Below are positions 19,501 to 29,356 of a stretch of 64,000 nt of DNA, piece after piece. Position numbers and translations under genes: made by a program. Under the pieces are notes generated by a model that saw only the letters and a list, made by a program, of their open reading frames with translations, was not told where the DNA came from and searched no databases. Source of the stretch: Alphaproteobacteria bacterium (GTDB taxonomy: Bacteria; Pseudomonadota; Alphaproteobacteria; CALKHQ01); contig CBDDFZ010000001.1 of NCBI GenBank assembly GCA_965227515.1, forward strand, positions 192,001 to 256,000. Direction: 5' to 3'. How positions within the stretch are numbered: position 1 is the first letter of the stretch; every line of letters begins with the position of its first letter.

Positions 19501-22500
19501 CAACACCATCGACGGCGCTTTCGGGCTGACGGTGAATGCCGGCGGCAACATCACCTTCGGCAACGATGCGACCGATCTGGTTGGCGGCACGACGGCGTTG
19601 ACCAGCCTGTCGGCCACATCGACCGGCGGCCAGGTCAACGTCAACTCAGCCATAACGACCAACAATGGCGCGATCACCATCAACGCCGATCTGATCGATC
19701 TGGCAGCCGCACTGAATGCCGGCACTGGCATCGCCACCCTGGCGCCCGGTACCGCCGGGCAAACGATCAGCCTCGGCACCACGGTCGCCGGCAGCTTGAG
19801 CTTGCTCGATACCGGCATCGACCTCGTCACCGCCGGCATATTGCGCATCGGGTCGGCTACCGCCGGCTCGATCACCTTCAACAGTGCGATCAGCCCGCTC
19901 AACGCCACCACCCTGTCGCTGATCACCGGCGACGCCATTGTCGACGGCAATGCAGGGCTGGATGTCACGGTATCCAATCTGGCCATGCAGGCCGTGAACG
20001 GCATTGCCGACCGCACCGGCAACCCGATCATCGAGACTAATGTCGACACCGTCGCCGCGCGCAACACCACCGACGGTTCGATAAATATTGTTGAACAGTC
20101 GGGCGGCGGCAATCTTACCATTGGCACCGTCGACGGCGTTGTCGGCATCCGCAACGAGGTCACGGCTGGCGCACGACGGTCGACCCAGATCGAGACCAAC
20201 AACGGCGATCTCATCGTCAACGCCGATATCTTCAACAGTCGCGGTAACACATTCATTGTCGCCCAGCATGTCGGCAATGGCGACCGCCTGTTCGACAACA
20301 ACGCAGCGATCAGCAACTCCGACCGCCAGATCGAAATCCGTGCCAACAACATGTCTCTGGAAGGCGGCACCATCAATGCTGGCAGCAACCGCGTGATCGT
20401 GAGGCCGGAGCTTGCGGGCGTTGCGATCAATCTGGGCGGAGCGGATGCGGCTGGCGTGCTGGGACTGACCGACGCCGAGATCGACACGATCACGACGACG
20501 GGTGTGCTGCAGATCGGCCATGCAAGCTCGGGCGCCATCACTTTCAGTGGCGGTATCACACCTGCCAACGTCGACACCGTAGCGCTTCAGACCGGGGCGC
20601 AGGTCATCAATGACATGGCCGACATCAACATCGCGGTCACCAACCTGGCCATCCGCAGCGGCATGGGCATCGGCGTAACGCCAGGTTCAGTTTCCAACAG
20701 GGCGATGTTCTTCGATGTATCAAATATCGCATTCGAAAACGCCGACGATTTGGTCTCCTTCAACAGCTTCAGCGACCTGACCATCGCGGAGGTGGATGGC
20801 CTGACCGAGTCGACAAACACTTTGTTCAATACGAACATCAATGCACCGAGCATCACGTTCGCCACGGATCTCACCACGGGCCTGACGGGCCGATTCACCG
20901 CGCCCGTGATCAATGTGAACAACGGGGTGGAGGTAAGCTCCACCAGTGGAGCCCTGTCGTTCCAGAATGTCAGCGGCAACCTCACGATCAATCTCGACGG
21001 CAATCTGACGGCCCCCGGCGGCATTTCAGGCAACGGCACCATCATCAATGTCCTCAGCGACACCGGCGGCGCAGAGATTCAGGATGCGGTCGATGTGGCC
21101 AGGTCGAATGCCACGGCCGCCAATCCCGTCACCATCGACGTTGCCGTCGGCACCTACGACAGCTTCGTCGTCGACAAGGAATTCATCACCGTCAGTGGTG
21201 CGGGCAGCGACTTCGACGACACGGTCGGCACCGTGGTGCTGACCGGCACGCCGGCCATCACCATCGTGGCCAGCAACACCACAATCCAGAATATGGCGCT
21301 GACCGCGAGCGGCCTGCCGGACATCGGCATTGCCATCAACGGCGACCCGGCGGTTCAGACCGACCCGACCGACCCGGCCACGACTGGCGTCGCCGATCTG
21401 ACAGGCATCGAGATTATCAATGTCGATTTCTCGAACCTCACATTCGGGGTGCTCACCATCGGCGATATCGGCGACGGGACCGCGGCGGTGGACGTGACCG
21501 TTCGCGGCAATTCCAGCGCCGACAAAGCGGTCTTCGAGGATATGACGCAGGTCGCCATCGCCGTGGGCGACACCGACAGCGACGCTGTCTACTTGATCAA
21601 GGATCTGATCCTCCAGGACGGCAGCGACGCCGACGACCTGTCAGCCGGCATCGATGGCATCGCGCTGGGCGCCATCGCGGCAGCGACGATCCAGGGCGTG
21701 AACATGACCCACGCTGCGGACTTCGACGGCATCTTCGTCGGGCCCACGCTGACCAACGCCACCATCCTGATCGGCGGTCCGACCTCGGAAGACGCCAACA
21801 CGATCCGGGGCCTGAGCGACGGCATCGACACTTCGACCATCAGCGGCGGCAGCTTCATCGTTCAGGGCAACGACCTGATCTTCGGCGACGACGACGCATT
21901 CGACGTCAATGGTCAGATCATCGACAGCGCCAATGTCCAGGTCCTGGACAACACCAGCATCCTCGGCAACGAGGACGGCTTGGACTTCGGGGCGATCCTG
22001 GGCAGCACCGTGACCGTGTCGGGGAATCAATCGATCATGGCGACGGACCCAACAACTGGCAGCGACGCCATCGAGTTCGGGGGCGAGATCGGCCTGGGAT
22101 CGACCGTCAACGTCACCAACAACGTCAACATTGTCGGTTTCGAAGAGGGCCTCGACATCTTCGATCTGACGGGCGGCACGTTCACCGTGGCCAACAATAC
22201 CCTGATCCAGGGCCAGACCCAGAACGGCATCGAGTTCGAAGGGTTCATATTTGGTACGGCACAGGTCGTCGTGCGCGACAACACCGACATTCTGGGCGAC
22301 ATCTTCGGGATCGAGTTTCAAGAGGAAATCCTTGGCGCCACGTCGGTCACCATCGATGGTAACGGTACGGCGCTGCACGTTGGCGCTGCATATGATGGGT
22401 CCCAGCAGGTCGACCTGGCCCAGTTCGTGACAGTGGGCCGGATCCAAAACGGCATTGCATTCACCGCCATTTCCGGGGATGCGGCCGTCACCGTCAGCCG

Positions 22501-23386
22501 CAACATCATCAGTGGCGGCAACGACACCGGGGTCGATTTCGCCGGTTCGATCGACACGACCAGCACAACCGCCATCCACAACAACTTCATCCTGGGCCAT
22601 GGCGGCCACGGCGTGTCGTTCACGTCGAACATCGCCAGCACGGTCGAGGTGTTCCAGAACTTCATCGCCGGCAATGGCGGCAATGGCGTCAATGTCGGGC
22701 GCGGCAGCATCGGCACCGACCTGCTGCTGGTGCAGCAGAACTTCCTGCCCGGCGCCGGGTTCGCCAACGGCAATGGCGGGTTCGCGTTCAGCCACATCGG
22801 CACCGGCACGCCGGATATCGAAGGCAATTGGTGGGGCACGCCGTTCGCGGTGTTCCTGCCCGCCGTGTTCAACGGCGTCTCGATACCGGCGCAAGTCCTG
22901 GCCACGGGCCAGGACACCAATATCGAGGCGACGCTGGGCGTCACGACCTTCGATCCGTTCGCGTTCCAGAACCAGTTCCTCGTGGCGCCACAACCGCTGC
23001 CGCCCGAGCCGCCATTCGATTTCAACGCCATCGCCTTGTCGCTTGAGTTCCCGGAGCAGACCGATCCGGCACTGGCGCCGGGCGACAGGGAATCCGGCCG
23101 CGCGGCGACCGACGCCATCAACGACTTCAACGACGTCTACGGCCTCTCGTTCGGGCTCGCCGAAACCGGCGACCTGGCCGGCCTGACACCTGCGGCCGGC
23201 GGCACCCCATGCGCCTTGTCGGTGGAGAACGGCACGCCGACGATCAGCTGCGGTTCCGGCGGCGGGCTGGAGGGCCTGTCACCGGCGGCTGGCGGGCCGG
23301 GGGGCGGCGATGGCGACTTCGGCCAGTTCCTGCAGGACTTCCTGAACGGCAACACGTTCGGCGGCGGCATCACCTGGCCTGGGTAG
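16586..23386 (+). CDS. Filamentous haemagglutinin-like TpsA exoprotein (2266 aa)
   Basis: SD AAGGGAG; signal ending ALA-LPQDG; TPS domain (LNRV, NPAGI, GGDGGFVEVSG, LLDP); Gly/Thr/Asn beta-helix repeats. Confidence 0.9.
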   Translation: MGHARHERPQSGHSTILACTGGGSHKHTLASRFSCAKNTRNCRSRSVSLRHSTALTAAAVAGAIAAPSIALALPQDGNVVEGQAEIIYGSNSVEIVQGSDRVIIEWSSFDVGVDESVNFVQPSQLASALNRVLSGQSSAILGSLTGNGQITIVNPAGIHFGATANVDVAAITATTIDIINANFMANNLAFDQFNDDFANATVTNDGSITVQDSGLAALVAPGVANNGIIAARTGAVVLASGTAFTVDPYGDGLIQFAVNAPTTEAPEGMDALVSNSGEIYADGGTVILTAEAVSGIVDNVVNMDGVIQAQTIEGRNGQIALVGGDGAGAVNVAGTLDASGNDAGEAGGTVHVLGDQVALNVGANVDVSGAAGGGEALIGGAYQGGAQAAGAALQYQQTASGLNIISDTAFETDGYTPTSDITYFDADATANASATVDGDGGNVIVWGDTATGFFGAVSAQGGASGGDGGFVEVSGASYLDFSGTVDTSAVAGATGDLLLDPVTMLIILGRGDGEADDDTSNLSWLDSGENDFDALTSSITESEIETQNTNFTIRATRFVRVEDGGTVTGSFGDGVVQLQNNRSLTIETRGMAGDGNGEIDLTGSATFGADLIFRTTGSGSITILGSEDGSRVSNIVLSRLETENGDISVTTNIGNITAENDLTVTGTGGITLQANDVLTIDLGALVTTQGGTVSFTAGDRIVVDAPLTLTGDTTLTSTGAGNVTFNSTIDGTFNLTVNTAGVTLFDGNIGGTTRVGDITTDAAGSTTLQTLTLQTLGNLTFNDPVTGSGGLIITANQSAGTTTFASTVDGGDWIINEPTALTFGGAVGATTALTNLQIISTGGAVNINGGSVRVNNLLRLRGNLVFDSPTNTTTLQSVNNNEILLGHSPFNTIRSATDGEESLIINTTGTTRINGVVGDNNQRFDAITTNDGGTTVLTGGALNLAGNTLTFNDAVTLGADTVITDAGAVTFNNTIDGAFGLTVNAGGNITFGNDATDLVGGTTALTSLSATSTGGQVNVNSAITTNNGAITINADLIDLAAALNAGTGIATLAPGTAGQTISLGTTVAGSLSLLDTGIDLVTAGILRIGSATAGSITFNSAISPLNATTLSLITGDAIVDGNAGLDVTVSNLAMQAVNGIADRTGNPIIETNVDTVAARNTTDGSINIVEQSGGGNLTIGTVDGVVGIRNEVTAGARRSTQIETNNGDLIVNADIFNSRGNTFIVAQHVGNGDRLFDNNAAISNSDRQIEIRANNMSLEGGTINAGSNRVIVRPELAGVAINLGGADAAGVLGLTDAEIDTITTTGVLQIGHASSGAITFSGGITPANVDTVALQTGAQVINDMADINIAVTNLAIRSGMGIGVTPGSVSNRAMFFDVSNIAFENADDLVSFNSFSDLTIAEVDGLTESTNTLFNTNINAPSITFATDLTTGLTGRFTAPVINVNNGVEVSSTSGALSFQNVSGNLTINLDGNLTAPGGISGNGTIINVLSDTGGAEIQDAVDVARSNATAANPVTIDVAVGTYDSFVVDKEFITVSGAGSDFDDTVGTVVLTGTPAITIVASNTTIQNMALTASGLPDIGIAINGDPAVQTDPTDPATTGVADLTGIEIINVDFSNLTFGVLTIGDIGDGTAAVDVTVRGNSSADKAVFEDMTQVAIAVGDTDSDAVYLIKDLILQDGSDADDLSAGIDGIALGAIAAATIQGVNMTHAADFDGIFVGPTLTNATILIGGPTSEDANTIRGLSDGIDTSTISGGSFIVQGNDLIFGDDDAFDVNGQIIDSANVQVLDNTSILGNEDGLDFGAILGSTVTVSGNQSIMATDPTTGSDAIEFGGEIGLGSTVNVTNNVNIVGFEEGLDIFDLTGGTFTVANNTLIQGQTQNGIEFEGFIFGTAQVVVRDNTDILGDIFGIEFQEEILGATSVTIDGNGTALHVGAAYDGSQQVDLAQFVTVGRIQNGIAFTAISGDAAVTVSRNIISGGNDTGVDFAGSIDTTSTTAIHNNFILGHGGHGVSFTSNIASTVEVFQNFIAGNGGNGVNVGRGSIGTDLLLVQQNFLPGAGFANGNGGFAFSHIGTGTPDIEGNWWGTPFAVFLPAVFNGVSIPAQVLATGQDTNIEATLGVTTFDPFAFQNQFLVAPQPLPPEPPFDFNAIALSLEFPEQTDPALAPGDRESGRAATDAINDFNDVYGLSFGLAETGDLAGLTPAAGGTPCALSVENGTPTISCGSGGGLEGLSPAAGGPGGGDGDFGQFLQDFLNGNTFGGGITWPG

Positions 23387-23427
23387 ATCGGACCGCGAAC
23401 ATCCGGCAGCGGTGGCGGCGACCCGTT

Positions 23428-23907
23428 CTACTGCTGCTCCAATAGGGCACACCAGTCGGGCCGTGCACCGCCGTGATCGGGCAGGCCGTGGCCGAGGTCG
23501 ATCATCCAGCCGGCGAGGTCGGTCCACGCACCGTCGCCGCCCATATCCACCATGACTGTGGCAATCGGCCAACCGCGCGGATCGGAGGCGAAGTCGACGC
23601 TTTGCAGCGCCACCACGCCGCCGGCATCCTCCAACAGGGACTCCAACGCCGCGGCGGCAGCCAGGCCGGCGGCCAGTTCGGCCTCGCAGGCATATTGGCC
23701 CGAGGTCATTTCCGGCGTGGCGAGGCCGCGCAGGCGGACCAGGATGTCGCCCGGCCGGTCCAGCCCGTTGAGGTCGACCCGAATGACCGATCCGGAGACG
23801 ACACCGATGGCCGGAACCGCACGCGGCTGCTGCTGCGCGACGGCACCCGCCGCCAGGATGGCGAGCATGCCGAGACCGACGGCAATCGCGGCGACGTATC
23901 GGTTCAT
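23428..23907 (-). CDS. Secreted SNase (thermonuclease)-fold protein with degenerate active site
   Basis: Signal peptide; VVSGSVI, VRLRGLATPE, DPRGW, MIDLGHG align to SNase motifs. Confidence 0.65.
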   Translation of the reverse strand: MNRYVAAIAVGLGMLAILAAGAVAQQQPRAVPAIGVVSGSVIRVDLNGLDRPGDILVRLRGLATPEMTSGQYACEAELAAGLAAAAALESLLEDAGGVVALQSVDFASDPRGWPIATVMVDMGGDGAWTDLAGWMIDLGHGLPDHGGARPDWCALLEQQ

Positions 23908-24089
23908 CCTTGTCTCCCAAACCCCGGCGCGCCAGCCGGGCGGCGCAGGCAATTGTAGCAGTTGCGGTTGCACGGTTCGCGATTGCGCACGCAATGCGCC
24001 GTGCGGCAATTGGGCGATCACGCCCGCTTGATGCCGCCGCTGCCAGCCCCTAGACTGCCCATTCCTGAGAAGAGAAAGTGTTTCCTGTC

Positions 24090-24872
24090 ATGACGCAATT
24101 GAGTCGACTTGACGGTCGCCGCGCGTTCGTCACCGGCGCCGGCACGGGCATCGGCCGGGCCATCGCCAACGCGCTGGCCGGGGCCGGCGCGCGGGTTGCG
24201 GTGACCGATATGGATGGTGCCGCAGCCGAACAGGCCGCAGCCGAGATCGGCGCCGACGCGCTGGGCCTGGCGGTCGACGTCACCGACCGCGCCAGCCTGG
24301 CCGCCGGCATGGATGCCACGCTCGAGGCCTTTGGCGGCCTCGACATCGTGTGCGCCAACGCCGGCGTTTCGAACATGAAGTGGTTCGTCGACCTGTCGGA
24401 GGACGACTGGGACTTCAACATGGACGTCAACGCCAAGGGCGTTTTCCTGACCAACCAGGAGGCGGTGCGCCGCTTCCTGTCGACCAAGACCGAGGGCGCC
24501 ATCGTCAACACGGCATCGCTGGCCGGCAAGGTCGGCTGCGCGCTGCTGGCGCACTATTCGGCCAGCAAGTTCGCGGTGGTTGGTCTAACCCAGGCGGTCG
24601 CGCGCGAAGTGGCCAGGCACGGCATCAGGGTGAACGCGGTCTGCCCCGGGTTCGTCGCCACCTCGATGCAGACCCGCGAGCTGGCGTGGGAAGCCTCGCT
24701 GCGCGGCACCACCGAGGATGCGGTGCGGCAGGACTATATCGACCAGACGCCGCTCGGCCGGCTGGAAACGCCGGAGGACGTGGCCGACGTCGTGGTGTTC
24801 CTGGCCAGCGACGCCGCGCGCTTCATGACCGGGCAGGCGGTCAACGTGACCGGGGGCGTCTACATGGGATAG
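24090..24872 (+). CDS. Short-chain dehydrogenase/reductase
   Basis: TGAGTGIG, NAG, YSASK, NAVCPG. Confidence 0.95.
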   Translation: MTQLSRLDGRRAFVTGAGTGIGRAIANALAGAGARVAVTDMDGAAAEQAAAEIGADALGLAVDVTDRASLAAGMDATLEAFGGLDIVCANAGVSNMKWFVDLSEDDWDFNMDVNAKGVFLTNQEAVRRFLSTKTEGAIVNTASLAGKVGCALLAHYSASKFAVVGLTQAVAREVARHGIRVNAVCPGFVATSMQTRELAWEASLRGTTEDAVRQDYIDQTPLGRLETPEDVADVVVFLASDAARFMTGQAVNVTGGVYMG

Positions 24873-24994
24873 CGCAGCGCCGCGGCGCGCCATCCAATGG
24901 GACCACCCGAAATGGCGCGACCCGAAGCGGCGCAACCACGGCCCCCCAATTCACCCGGCGGTTCAAACGCCATTTCAAACGGATCGCGCCGCAT

Positions 24995-25774
24995 GTGGTG
25001 CTGATCACGTTCAGCGCGTCGCTGGTGCTGCCGTTGCTGTGGGTGCTGCGCACCAGCCTGACCAACAAGCTCAACGCCTACAGGCTGCCGCCGGAGTGGA
25101 CGCCGCCGATCTTCGACAACTTCGTCGACATCTTCGTCGAGCACCCGTTCGACAAGTTTTTCCTGAACAGCATCATCATCGCGGTCGGCTCCACCGCCAT
25201 CGCCCTGCCGCTGGCCACCATGCTGGCCTACGCCTTCTGCCGCTTCAATACAGGCGGCGTCGGCCTGCGGATCAGCGTGCTGGCCAGCCAGATGCTGCCG
25301 CCGGTCATCCTGGTGCTGCCGCTGTTCTCGGTCTTCATGACGGTGGAGCTGATCAACAACCATCTCGGCATCATCCTGGCCCATGTCACCATCAACCTGC
25401 CGTTCCTGGCCTGGATGCTGGTCTCGTTCTTCGAGGGCGACGCGCGCCAGGTGGAGGAGGCCGCCCGAGTGGAGGGTGCCAACCGCCTGCAGGCGTTCCT
25501 GTACGTCGCGGTGCCGATGGCGACCCCCGGCATCGTGGCCGCCGGCCTGCTGGGCCTGATCCTGTCGTGGAACGAATTCCTCTACGCGCTGGTGTTGTCC
25601 GGCAAGGCAACGTCGACACTGCCGATCGGATTGTCGGCGCTGGAGACCCACCGCGGCGTGGAAATTGCTCTGCTGGCAGCGGCGACCTTGTTTTCGATCA
25701 CGCCGGTGTTCGTGATGCTGCCGTTCCTGAAAAAGTACCTGATCAAGGGACTGGCCCTGGGAGCGGTGAAGTAG
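24995..25774 (+). CDS. Carbohydrate ABC permease (MalG-like); start uncertain
   Basis: EEAARVEGA EAA loop, SWNEFLYA; first in-frame canonical start after the SDR is GTG 24995. Confidence 0.85.
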   Translation: MVLITFSASLVLPLLWVLRTSLTNKLNAYRLPPEWTPPIFDNFVDIFVEHPFDKFFLNSIIIAVGSTAIALPLATMLAYAFCRFNTGGVGLRISVLASQMLPPVILVLPLFSVFMTVELINNHLGIILAHVTINLPFLAWMLVSFFEGDARQVEEAARVEGANRLQAFLYVAVPMATPGIVAAGLLGLILSWNEFLYALVLSGKATSTLPIGLSALETHRGVEIALLAAATLFSITPVFVMLPFLKKYLIKGLALGAVK

Positions 25775-25819
25775 GTGCCGGCGCCTGGCCGTAGGCGCAT
25801 CAACAGGAGGAGGACGACA

Positions 25820-27085
25820 ATGCAAGGCAAGACGTTATTGCTCGCCACCGCGGTGGCGGCGCTGCCGAGCGCGGCAATGGCCGAGACCATCAGCATCCTG
25901 ATGGAGAGCGTGCCCGACACCCGCTTCGTGCAGGAGGTGGTGCCGCAGTTCACCGAGGCGACCGGCATCGAAGTCGACATCGAGGTCGTCAACTACGCCG
26001 AGATGCACCCCAAGCTGGTCCCCCAGCTGGTCGCGTCGGAAGGCAGCTACGATGTCATCGTTGTCGACTTCTACTGGGTCGGCGAGTTCATCAAGGCCGG
26101 CTGGCTGCAGCCGCTGGACGACCGGATCGCGGCGTCGGGCATGGACACCAGCGTCTACGTGCCGGTGCTGATGGACCTGGTCGGCCAGGTCGACGGCACG
26201 ACCTACATGCTGCCGTTCTACAACTACGCCATGGGCCTGACCTACCGGCAGGACCTGATCGACGACCCGGACAACCAGGCCGCGTTCGAGGCCGAGTACG
26301 GCATGCCCCTGCAGGTGCCGCAGACCTGGGAGGAGTACAAGGCCCAGGTCGCGTTCTTCACCGACAAGGACGAAGGTTTCTATGGCGTGGTCAACCAGGG
26401 CCTGCGCCCCGACCCGATCGCCATGGAATGGTCGAACTACCTGTTCGCCAATGGCGGCCAGTTCTATGACGAGAACTGGAACCCGACCCTGAACACGCCG
26501 GAGGGCGTGGCGGCGCTGAACGACTACATCGGCATGATCAACGACTATGGCCCGTTGGGCGCGGCCAGCTTCGGCTTCGACGAGGCGTTCAACGTCGCGG
26601 CCCAGGGCGATGCGTACAGCTACCTGACCTACAACATGTTCCGCACCGCCTATGACGACCCCGAGCAGTCGGCGGTTGTCGGCCAGATGGAACTGGCGCC
26701 GGTGCCGAACGGCGGCTTGAACGGCGCCTGGGGGTGGGCGATCCCGGTCTCCAGCCCGGACCCGGACGCGGCGTGGCAGTTCCTGGAGTGGATCGAATCG
26801 CCCGAGATCGCCAAGCAGCGCGCCATGCTGGGCGGTTCGCCGACCCGTTTCGACGTGTTCGACGACGAGGAGCTGAACGCAACCTACCCCTACTACCCGG
26901 CGCTGCGGGCGCTGCTCGACACGTCGCACAACTTCCCGGTGTTCACCTACACGCCGGAGCTGGTCGACATCATGGGCCGCGAACTGTCGCTGGCGGTGAC
27001 CGGCGAGAAGACGCCCGAGGAGGCGCTGGCCGCCATCGAGGTCGACTTCGCCGAACTGCTGCGCGAGGACGGCAAGCTCGAATAG
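25820..27085 (+). CDS. Carbohydrate ABC substrate-binding protein
   Basis: SD GGAGG, signal peptide, PQTWEEY, AAWQFLEW. Confidence 0.9.
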   Translation: MQGKTLLLATAVAALPSAAMAETISILMESVPDTRFVQEVVPQFTEATGIEVDIEVVNYAEMHPKLVPQLVASEGSYDVIVVDFYWVGEFIKAGWLQPLDDRIAASGMDTSVYVPVLMDLVGQVDGTTYMLPFYNYAMGLTYRQDLIDDPDNQAAFEAEYGMPLQVPQTWEEYKAQVAFFTDKDEGFYGVVNQGLRPDPIAMEWSNYLFANGGQFYDENWNPTLNTPEGVAALNDYIGMINDYGPLGAASFGFDEAFNVAAQGDAYSYLTYNMFRTAYDDPEQSAVVGQMELAPVPNGGLNGAWGWAIPVSSPDPDAAWQFLEWIESPEIAKQRAMLGGSPTRFDVFDDEELNATYPYYPALRALLDTSHNFPVFTYTPELVDIMGRELSLAVTGEKTPEEALAAIEVDFAELLREDGKLE

Positions 27086-27164
27086 CCGTCACGGGTTCCA
27101 TCGGGGCGGCGGCCATGGCGCCGTCGCCCCAGCACCGCATCGGTAACCGCAAAGCACACCCGCA

Positions 27165-28052
27165 TTGAGCATCTTCGATTCTACGCTGGCCGCCCGCGAC
27201 CGCAGGTTCGGCGCCCTGATGGCGACACCGGCGCTGATCGTGCTGGTGGCCGTGATCGTGGTGCCGGTGGCCCTGGCGCTCGCCACCAGCCTGTTCGACT
27301 ACACGCTGATCGAGATGAACTTCAACCGGTTCATCTGGTTCGACAATTTCCTGGAATCCCTCAACAATCCGGAATTCCACAACTCCATCATCGTCACCAC
27401 CGCGTTCGTGGCCGCGGTCGTCGCGCTGGAGTTCGCGATCGGCTTCGTCATCGCGCTGATGCTGAACACGGTGAAGCGCGGCAAGTCGGTCTACTACACC
27501 ATCCTGCTCATTCCGCTGCTGATCAACCCGGTGGTCGTCGGGCTGATCTGGCGCATGATGTTGCACCCGACCCTGGGCATCGTGAACTTCCTGATCGGCT
27601 ATGTCGGCATCTCGCCCGTCGACTGGCTGGGCGACCCGACCAACGCGTTCTGGACCATCGTGCTGGTCGACATCTGGCACCAGGTCTCGTTCATGGTGGT
27701 CCTGCTGCTGGCCGGCCTGTCGGCCTTGCCGTCCGAACCGGTGGAGGCGGCCCGGGCCGAGGGTGCGGGCACGCTGCAGGTGTTCTGGCACATCACGCTG
27801 CCGATGATGATGCCGGTGATCGCGGTGACCCTGCTGATCCGGCTGATCTTCGCCATCAAGACCTACGACCTGATCTACATCATGACCCGCGGCGGGCCCG
27901 GCGACGCGACCGACCTGATCAGCTACTACATCTACCGCTCGGCCTTCGCGCGCCTGAATTTGGGCGAGGCCGCGGCGCAGGCCCTGTTGCTGCTGGTCAT
28001 CGTCATCGTGCTGACCCTGATCCTCTATCGCGTCATGCGCACACAACGCTAA
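27165..28052 (+). CDS. Carbohydrate ABC permease (MalF-like)
   Basis: EAARAEGA, MTRGGPG. Confidence 0.9.
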   Translation: MSIFDSTLAARDRRFGALMATPALIVLVAVIVVPVALALATSLFDYTLIEMNFNRFIWFDNFLESLNNPEFHNSIIVTTAFVAAVVALEFAIGFVIALMLNTVKRGKSVYYTILLIPLLINPVVVGLIWRMMLHPTLGIVNFLIGYVGISPVDWLGDPTNAFWTIVLVDIWHQVSFMVVLLLAGLSALPSEPVEAARAEGAGTLQVFWHITLPMMMPVIAVTLLIRLIFAIKTYDLIYIMTRGGPGDATDLISYYIYRSAFARLNLGEAAAQALLLLVIVIVLTLILYRVMRTQR

Positions 28053-28070
28053 GCCGGGACCACCACAGGC

Positions 28071-29189
28071 ATGGCCGACATAAGTCTACGCAACATCACC
28101 AAGCGCTTCGCCGACGGCGTCGTCGCGGTGGACGGCATCGACCTCGACATCGCCGACGGCGAGTTCATGGTGCTGCTCGGCCCGTCCGGCTGCGGCAAGT
28201 CGACGACGCTGCGGATGATCGCCGGGCTGGAGACCATCACCGACGGCGACCTCTATATCGACGGCGACCGGGTCAACGAGATGGACCCGCGCGAGCGCGA
28301 CCTGGCGATCGTGTTCCAGAACTATGCGCTCTATCCGCACATGAACGTGGCGCGGAACTTGAGCTTCGGGCTCAGGCTGCGCGGCACGCCGAAGCCGGAG
28401 ATCGAGCGCCGGGTGGCGCAAACGGCGGAGATGCTGGAGATCGACCACCTGCTGGGCCGCCGGCCGAGCCAGATCTCCGGCGGCCAGCGCCAGCGCGTGG
28501 CCCTGGGCCGGGCGCTGATCCGCGAACCGCGCGCCTTCATGCTCGACGAGCCGCTGTCCAACCTGGACGCGCAGTTGCGCACAAGCATGCGCACCGAGCT
28601 GATCAAGCTGCACCGTCAGCTCGGCGCAACCATCGTGCACGTCACCCACGACCAGGTCGAAGCCATGACCATGGGCGCACGCATCTGCATCATGAACGAG
28701 GGGCGAATTGAGCAGGTCGGGCCGCCGCGCGACGTCTACCGCAATCCGGCGAACCTGTTCGTTGCCGGCTTCCTGGCCAGCCCGCCGATGAACCTGCTGC
28801 CCGCGCGCCTGGTGGGCGACGGCCACGGCCTGGCGGTCGTTGTCGGCGATGCCGCGCTGCCGGTGCCGGCGGCCTTCGCCGATGCGTATGGCGCGTACAG
28901 GGATCGCGAGGTCATTCTCGGCGTGCGGCCCGAGGACCTGTCGGCCGCCGCGCCGGACGTCGCCGGCCCCACCTTGCCGGTAACCGTCAGCACCATCGAG
29001 CTGATCGGGCCGGAGGTGATCATGATCGCCCAGTTCGCAGGCCCGCCGGAACGCGAGATCGCCGCCCGCCTGCACCGCTCGTTCGATGCCGATCCGGGCG
29101 CCGAGGTGCGGCTGAGCGTCGACATGACCCAGGCGCACCTGTTCGACTCCCAGACCACGGCGCTTATCCCACGACCGGATGGCGCTTGA
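28071..29189 (+). CDS. Carbohydrate ABC ATPase (MalK/UgpC-like)
   Basis: GPSGCGKST, VFQNYALYPH, SGGQRQR, DEPLSNLD. Confidence 0.95.
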   Translation: MADISLRNITKRFADGVVAVDGIDLDIADGEFMVLLGPSGCGKSTTLRMIAGLETITDGDLYIDGDRVNEMDPRERDLAIVFQNYALYPHMNVARNLSFGLRLRGTPKPEIERRVAQTAEMLEIDHLLGRRPSQISGGQRQRVALGRALIREPRAFMLDEPLSNLDAQLRTSMRTELIKLHRQLGATIVHVTHDQVEAMTMGARICIMNEGRIEQVGPPRDVYRNPANLFVAGFLASPPMNLLPARLVGDGHGLAVVVGDAALPVPAAFADAYGAYRDREVILGVRPEDLSAAAPDVAGPTLPVTVSTIELIGPEVIMIAQFAGPPEREIAARLHRSFDADPGAEVRLSVDMTQAHLFDSQTTALIPRPDGA

Positions 29190-29254
29190 GTCCGGCGGCT
29201 CAATCCCCTCACTCAGCCTCTGTCTGAATATGCTCTTCTCACCAAAAGAAAACT

Positions 29255-29284
29255 GTCATCCTCGCCCTTGTGGCGAGGATCCAT
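29255..29284 (+). repeat. REP-like palindrome, left half of a doublet
   Basis: GTCATCCTCGCCCTTGTGGCGAGGATCCAT; inverted partner at 31275-31304. Confidence 0.7.
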
Positions 29285-29356
29285 ATTTGTCCAGCACTTC
29301 AACACGTTAAAGCGTAGCGCCATGTGAGGTGGCAGATACCATATCTCGATAGTCTA

